NCBI RefSeq assembly: GCF_009914755.1
Contig: NC_060928.1
From: the human T2T-CHM13v2.0 reference genome, Homo sapiens
Direction: 5' to 3' (one strand)
DNA length: 64,000 nt
Part shown: piece after piece, positions 29,273 through 64,000 of the stretch
Position numbering within the stretch: the stretch's first letter is position 1
Layout of the letters: every line of letters begins with the position of its first letter
Position numbers and translations under genes: made by a program
The notes under the pieces: generated by a model
Databases searched by the model: none
What the model was told of the DNA's origin: nothing
Seen by the model: the letters and a program-made list of their open reading frames with translations, nothing else

Positions 29273-31590
29273 TGATATGATTTGTTCCTGAACTTCCACC
29301 CAAATCTCATCTCGAATTGCAATCCCCAGGTGTCAAAGGAGGGACCTGTTGGGAGATGATTGGATCACGAGGTGTTTTCCCCCATTATGTTCTCATGATA
29401 GTGAGGGTGTTCTCATGAGATCTGATGGTTTAAAAGTGGTGGTTACCCCTGCGCACATGCTCTCTCTCTCTCCTGCTGCCTTGTGAAGAAGGTACCTGCT
29501 TCCCCTTCACCTTCCACCATAATTGTAAGTTTCCTGAGGCCTCCCCAGCCATGAGGAACTGTGAGTCATTTAGACCTCTTTTGTTTATAAATTACCCAGT
29601 CTCAGGTGATATCTTTTAGCAGTGTGAAAATAAACAATACAGAGAATTGGTACTGGCAGAGTGAGGTACTGCTATAAAGACAACCTGAAAATGTGAAGGC
29701 AACTTTGAAACTGGGTAACAGGCAGAGGTTGGAACAGTTTGGAGGGCTTAGAAGATAGGAAGATGTGGGAAAGTTTGAAACTTCCTAGAGACTTGTTGAA
29801 TGGTTTTGACCAAAATGCTGATAGTCGTATTGACAATGAAGTCCAGGCTGAGATGGTCTCAGATGGAGACGAGAAACTATTGGGAACTGGAGCAAAGGCC
29901 ATTCTTGCTATGCTTTAGCAGAGACTGGCAGCATTTTGCCCCTGCCCTAGAGATCTGTGGAGCTTTGAACTTGAGAGAGATGATTTAGGGTATCTGTCAG
30001 AATAAATTTCTAAGCAGAAAAGCATTCAAATATAACCTGGCTTTTTCTGAAAGCATACAGTCAAGTCATATGCGTTCACAAAGAGATGGTATGAAATTGG
30101 AACTTATGTTTAAAAGGGAAGCAAAGCATAAAAGTTTGGAAATTTTGCAGCCTGACCATGTGGTAGAAAAGAAAAACCAATTTTCTGAGGAGGAATTCAA
30201 GCCGGCTGCAGAAATTTACATAAGTAATCAGGAGCTGAATGTTAATTGCCAAACAATGGGGAAATGTCTCCAGGGCATTTCAGAGGTCTTCAAGGCAGCC
30301 CCTCCCATTACAAGCCCAGAGGCCTAGGAGGGAAAAATGGTTTCATGGGCCCTGCTGCTCTGTGCAGCCTTGGGACTTGGTGCCCTGTGCCCCAGCCACT
30401 CCAGCTCCAGCTGTGACTAAAAGGGTCCATAGCTCAGGCTGTCGCTTCAAGGGTGCAAGCCCCAAGCCTTGGTGGCTTCCACGTGCTCTTGGGTCTGCGA
30501 GTTCACAGAAAACAAGAGCTGAGCTTTGAGAGCCTCTGCCTAGATTTCACAGGATGTGTGGAAACACCTGGCTGTCCAGGCAGAAGCCTGCTGCAGGGAC
30601 CCAGCCCTCATGGAGAACCTCTATTAGGGCAGTGCAGAGGTGAACTGTGGGGTTGGAGCCCACACACAGAGTCCCCACTGGAGCACTGCCCAGTGGAGCT
30701 GTGAAAAGAGTTCCCCCATCTTCCAGATGCCAGAATGGTAGATCCACTGACTGGAAAGTTGCAGGCACTCAGTGCCGGCCCATGAAGGCAGCCGTAGGGG
30801 CTGTACCCTGCAAAGCCACAGGGACAGAGCTGCCCAAGGCCTTAACAGCCCACACCTTGCATCAGCATGCCCTGTGTGTGAGACAGGGGCTCCAAGGAGA
30901 TTATTTTGGAGCTTTAAAATTTAATGACTTCCCTGCTAGGTTTTGCATATGCTTGGGACCTGTGGCCCCTTTATTTTGGCCAATTTTTCCCATTTGGAAT
31001 GGGAACATTTACCCAATTCCTGTACCCACATTGTGTTTTGGAAGTAACTAACTTGTTTTTTATTTTAAAGGCTCATTGAGGGAAGGGACTTGCCTTGTCT
31101 CAAATGAGACTTTGGACTCGGACTTTTGGGTTACTGTGGAATGAGTTAAGACTTTGGGGGACTGTTGGAAAGACATCATTGGTTTTGAAATCTGAAAAGG
31201 ACATGAGATTTGGGAAAGGCCAGGGGAAGAATGATATGGTTTGGCTCTGTGTCCTCATCCAAATCTCGTCTTGAATTGTAATCCCCACATGGGATTACAT
31301 GGGAGGGGCCTGGTGAGAGGTGATTGGATCATGGAGGTGGTTTCCCCTGTGCTGTGATCTCATGATAGTGAGGGATTTAAAAGTGACAGTTTCCCCTGCA
31401 CATACACACTCTCTCTCTCGTATCACCTTGTGAAGAAGGTGTCTGCTTCCCCTCTGCCTTCCATCGTGATTATAAGTTTCCTGAGGCCTCCCCAGCCATG
31501 GGTAACCGTGAGTCAGTTAAACCTCTTTTGTTTATAAATTACCCAGTCTCAGGTAGTATCTTTACAGCAGTGTGAAACTGGACTAATACA
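29273..31590 (+). mobile_element. Full-length THE1D MaLR (LTRs 29273-29641 and 31232-31590) with TSD TCTGG
   Basis: Two tgatatg...aataca LTRs flanking a ~1.6 kb internal region; tctgg at 29268-29272 and 31591-31595. Confidence 0.9.
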
Positions 31591-31825
31591 TCTGGGAAAT
31601 TCTTTTTCTCTCCTTCCTTTCTGAAGGACAGCTTTGCCTGATATTATATTCTTGGTTGCCAGGTTTTTACTTTCAATACTTTGAATATATCATCCCACTC
31701 TCTCTTGGCCTACATGATTTCTGCTGAGAAATCCACCAATAATCTTATGAAGCTTCCCTTGTATGTGAAGAATTGCTTTTCTCTTGCTTCTTTGAAAATT
31801 CTCTCTCTGTCATGGTGAGGATTTC

Positions 31826-32135
31826 TTTTTTTTTTTTTTTTTTTTAGATGGAGTCTAGCTCTGTTGTCCAGGCTGGAGTGCAGTGTGCAGTGGCGCAATC
31901 TCGGCTCACTGCAAGCTCCGTCTCCTGGGTTCACGCCATTTTCCTGTCTCAGCCTCTGGAGTAGCTGAGACTACAGGTGCCCACCACCACGCCTGGCTAA
32001 ATTTTTTTTGTATTTTTAGTAGAGATGGGGTTTCACTGTGTTAGCCAGGATGGTCTCGATCTCCTGACCTCATGATCCACCCATCTTGGCCTCCCAAAGT
32101 GCTGGGATTACAGGCATGAGCCACTGCACCTGGCC
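31826..32135 (-). mobile_element. AluY-like element inserted in the L1
   Basis: Reverse-complement Alu; gaggat(t/c)tcttt on both flanks. Confidence 0.9.
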
Positions 32136-33779
32136 GAGGATCTCTTTATATTTAATCTATTTGGAGTTCTTTTGGGCTTCATAAATCTGGATGTTTATTT
32201 CATTTATGTCTCCAAATTTTGAGAGTTTTCTATTCTTATTTTTTTAAATAAGTTTCTGCAACTTTCTCTTTCTCTACTTCTTCTGGAACTCTTCTAATGC
32301 ATATTAATTTTCTTAACAGTGTCCTATAAGTCTTGTCAGCTTTCTGCAATTTTTATCATTCCTTTTATTACTCTGACTGGGTAATTTCAAATGACCTGTA
32401 TCTGAGCATGCTGATTCTTTCTCCTGCTTGATCTAGTCTGCTGCTGAAGCTGTTTGTGAATTTTTTCAATTCAGTCATTTTGTTCTTTAGCTCCAGAATT
32501 TCTGTTTCATTCTTTTTTATGGTTCCTATCTATCTTTTTGTTGAACTTCTAATTTTGCTCATGTATTGTTTTCCTGATTTTGTTTACTGTCTATCTATAT
32601 TGTTTTGTAGCTTATTGAGCTTTCTTAAGGCAATTATTTTTAGCTCTTTGTCATGCAGTAAAGATCTCCATTTCTTTAGGGTCACCTCCTGCTGCTTTAT
32701 TTCCTTCCTTTGGTGGTTTCTTGTTTCCCCGATTATTTGTGATCAGTGTGGCCTTGCACTGAAGTAGGCACCTATTTCAGTCTTTACATACTAGCTTCAG
32801 CAGAGAAAGCCATTCACTAGTCAGATTGACCAGAGATTGTTGGTGGGCTGTCTGTTGGGGTCTATGCACAGGATTTCTGCTGGAGTTCTAAGGTGGGAAG
32901 GGCTGGATTCTGGGTTCATTCACTGTGGTTGTCTGTATTCTGTGCACAAGGACTGGCTTGAAGCATGGATCCTTGGGGGCTGACTTGGCACTGAAATGAG
33001 CCTTAAGCCTGCGTCTGCAGGGGCCAGCCTAACATGGGGATCACCTGGCACCTGAGTTCATGGGGATAGGCCTGTTCCTGAGTTTATTCAGGCTGTCCTG
33101 GGAACAAGGTCCACTGGGGTGAGCCCAGCATCTGGGTCCACATGGCCCAGCATGGAGCCAAGATCTCTGGAGGCTGACCTGGTGCTGGATCTGCAGGGGA
33201 TGGCCTGGATTCTAGGCCCATGGGTGCCAACTTGGAGCCTGGGGTTGCTGGGGCTAACGTGGAGGCTAGATAGAGTCTTGGGGGCCAGGCTAGAGCTGGA
33301 GCAGGCCTGAAGTCTAGGTCTTGTGTGGCCATCTTGGAGCCTGAAGCCCCAGGGGCTGACCTGGTCTGGGGTGAGCATGGGGCTGAGGCCACAGAGGCTG
33401 GTCTGGCCTGTGGCAGGCCTGAATCCTGGTGCTGGGGTTTACTGGAGTGGGCTTGGTGCTTGGGATCTGTGGTGAAGTTAGGTTCTATCTTAACTGTCCC
33501 TCCTCCATGCAAGAGGGCATCTCTCTCCATACTGTGCTGCCCAGGCTTGAAGGTGAGATGACACCGGTAATGTGAAATTGTCCTTCCTATACACTTCTAT
33601 GTGTCTTTTCTTATTTCTGTGCTGCAACCAGGTGGCATAACCTCTCACCTGATTCCTTAGCTCTAGTGAAGTTATTTTCGTGCATGGATACTTGTTCGAA
33701 TTGATGTTTCTGCAAGGGATGAGCGCTAGAAACTCCTGTTCTGACAAACTCCTATTCCTATTCTTGCTGACATCACTCC

Positions 33780-33910
33780 CTGAAATAGTTAATATACTTA
33801 ACAGCTGAACACGGATAGGATGTTCATGGAATATGTTGACAGGACAAAAAGTTGAAACTGTTGGCAGAAACCCAAAGTCAATATTGAAGCCAAGCAAAAT
33901 ATTGCCTGCA
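33780..33910 (+). promoter_or_regulatory. KLKB1: KLKB1 TATA-less hepatic promoter region
   Basis: GTTAAT HNF1-like half site (33788), forkhead TGTTGAC (33834), HNF4-like CAAAGTCA (33873) overlapping a reverse TATTGAC; motif matches only. Confidence 0.5.
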
Positions 33911-33990
33911 GTGCCACATTAGAACAGCTTGAAGACCGTTCATTTTTAAGTGACAAGAGACTCACCTCCAAGAAGCAATTGTGTTTTCAG
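33910..33990 (+). other. KLKB1: KLKB1 exon 1 (non-coding; TSS approximate)
   Basis: agaacagcttgaagacc...gtgttttcag matches the KLKB1 5' UTR as I recall it; CAG|gtagca donor. Confidence 0.8.
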
Positions 33991-34599
33991 GTAGCAAATT
34001 TTTATTATTCTGATTGTTTCCAAATAAACTATAATTTTTAAGTATAATTTTTTACTTTATGAGAAAATTAATCATTTATATTCTAATTTCCTGAGTATGT
34101 AGAGAGTATAGATAATGTTCCTTTATGTAGAAATATTTAAATGTAAGATGATTTTAAATCAGAAAGAATATTTGATTGATTTAAAATTTTTAAATGGGCT
34201 TTAATATTTTCAGAGGTTTTCTTTACTTAGGGATTTTTGGACTGACATTATTGCCATTATTTATTAATTTTGTTTTTGCCCAAATCAAGAGGTTTCATAA
34301 TTGTTTACTCTCTCTCTACCAATTCCCTTTCCAACATTACTAGCCACAGAGTTGGCCAATGAACAATAAACACAACAGTAGTCTGGAGGTCTCAATTTGT
34401 ATCTTGGGAAGCATTATAAATTTTCCAACTCCCTAGACACAAATGTACCAAAAAAAAAACCCTTGTTTTCTATACCAGTAATCGTGTGCTTTGTCTTGCA
34501 ATTCAGACATTTACAAGAAAATCTAAATCACCTTAAATTAAGATTTATGTTAAATGTGGTCTAAAACCAGCAGAGTTATGTATTGTTTTCTTTTTTAGA

Positions 34600-63418
<28,819 letters not shown>

Positions 63419-63724
63419 TAGCATAATTTAATCATAGTTTTTTAAAAAATTCAGAGACAAATGATCTGATAAATTGATAAGCAACTTTTAACAAATTGAA
63501 TATACATAATATATATTTATATTATTTATGATATATGTCACAATCTATGCATGTGCTATTTAAGAGGGGCAAATATACATGCAATAATTGTGCTAGAATA
63601 TAAAAACATTAGACTTCATCATTGGGATGATGATATCAAGATTTCTTTGTTAGATTTATTTCAGATAGAAAAGGGGATACGAAAAATGCAGGCACATGAG
63701 ATACTTGGAGAACTTTAAGAAAGA

Positions 63725-63763
<39 letters not shown>

Positions 63764-63885
63764 TGGCAAGCAAGGTCTTGCACACACACAGCACTTTGGG
63801 AGGCCAATGCAGGTGGATCACTTGAGCCTAGGAATTTGAGACCAGTCTGGGCAATGTGATGAAACCCATCTCTACAAAAAAATAT
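63725..63885 (+). repeat. (GT)n microsatellite followed by a partial Alu left arm
   Basis: gt run at 63725-63762; cagcactttgggaggcc...ctctacaaaaaaa at 63789-63882. Confidence 0.85.
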
Positions 63886-64000
63886 GAAAGTATCTGTGTG
63901 TGTGTGTTGCTGTGTAGTGGACTACAGAACTTTAGAGGCAGTCACTTATTTGAATCCCATTGTCGTAACTTTCTACTATTTTATTTTTCCACTGTGACTC

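Larger units (their letters stand above)
24903..33700 (-). mobile_element. Old L1 (L1M/L1MA-type), interrupted by HERV-L, THE1D and Alu insertions
   Basis: 3' UTR end near 24903, T-rich ORF2 remnants 26960-29270, an ORF1 remnant (ERIFKEAREKQFFTYKGSFIRLLVDFSAE) near 31710-31810 and a GC-rich 5'-like region 32800-33700. This may be more than one L1. Confidence 0.7.

Noticed and set aside
33084-33561. GC-rich ORF cluster upstream of KLKB1
   Set aside because: Most consistent with a degenerate old L1 5' region; no protein motif recognised.

Overview
This is eukaryotic, intron-rich DNA that I recognise from the translated exons as human chr4q35: the CYP4V2-KLKB1 locus, with both genes on the + strand. 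The window holds CYP4V2 exons 2-11 and its 3' UTR (864 to ~19870) and KLKB1 (plasma prekallikrein) exons 1-14 (~33910-63349). It stops just before the KLKB1 exon 15 acceptor, so the catalytic Ser is outside. The intergenic and intronic DNA carries a nested L1 / HERV-L / THE1D / Alu stack, a two-LTR antisense HERV-H provirus in KLKB1 intron 6, many Alus and five tandem arrays. There is no CRISPR array, RNA gene or prokaryotic system, and most ORF-track entries are repeat-derived. The most notable observations are: (1) phase-compatible splicing that would fuse CYP4V2 (heme motif intact) in frame to mature prekallikrein; (2) a tandemly duplicated non-canonical GC donor at KLKB1 exon 7; (3) a one-LTR HERV-L fragment that still has a perfect 5-bp target-site duplication; (4) a VNTR built from an LTR terminus plus its TSD; and (5) several coding alleles that differ from the canonical sequences as I recall them. 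Repeat subfamily names, rs numbers and database recollections are from memory and were not looked up.
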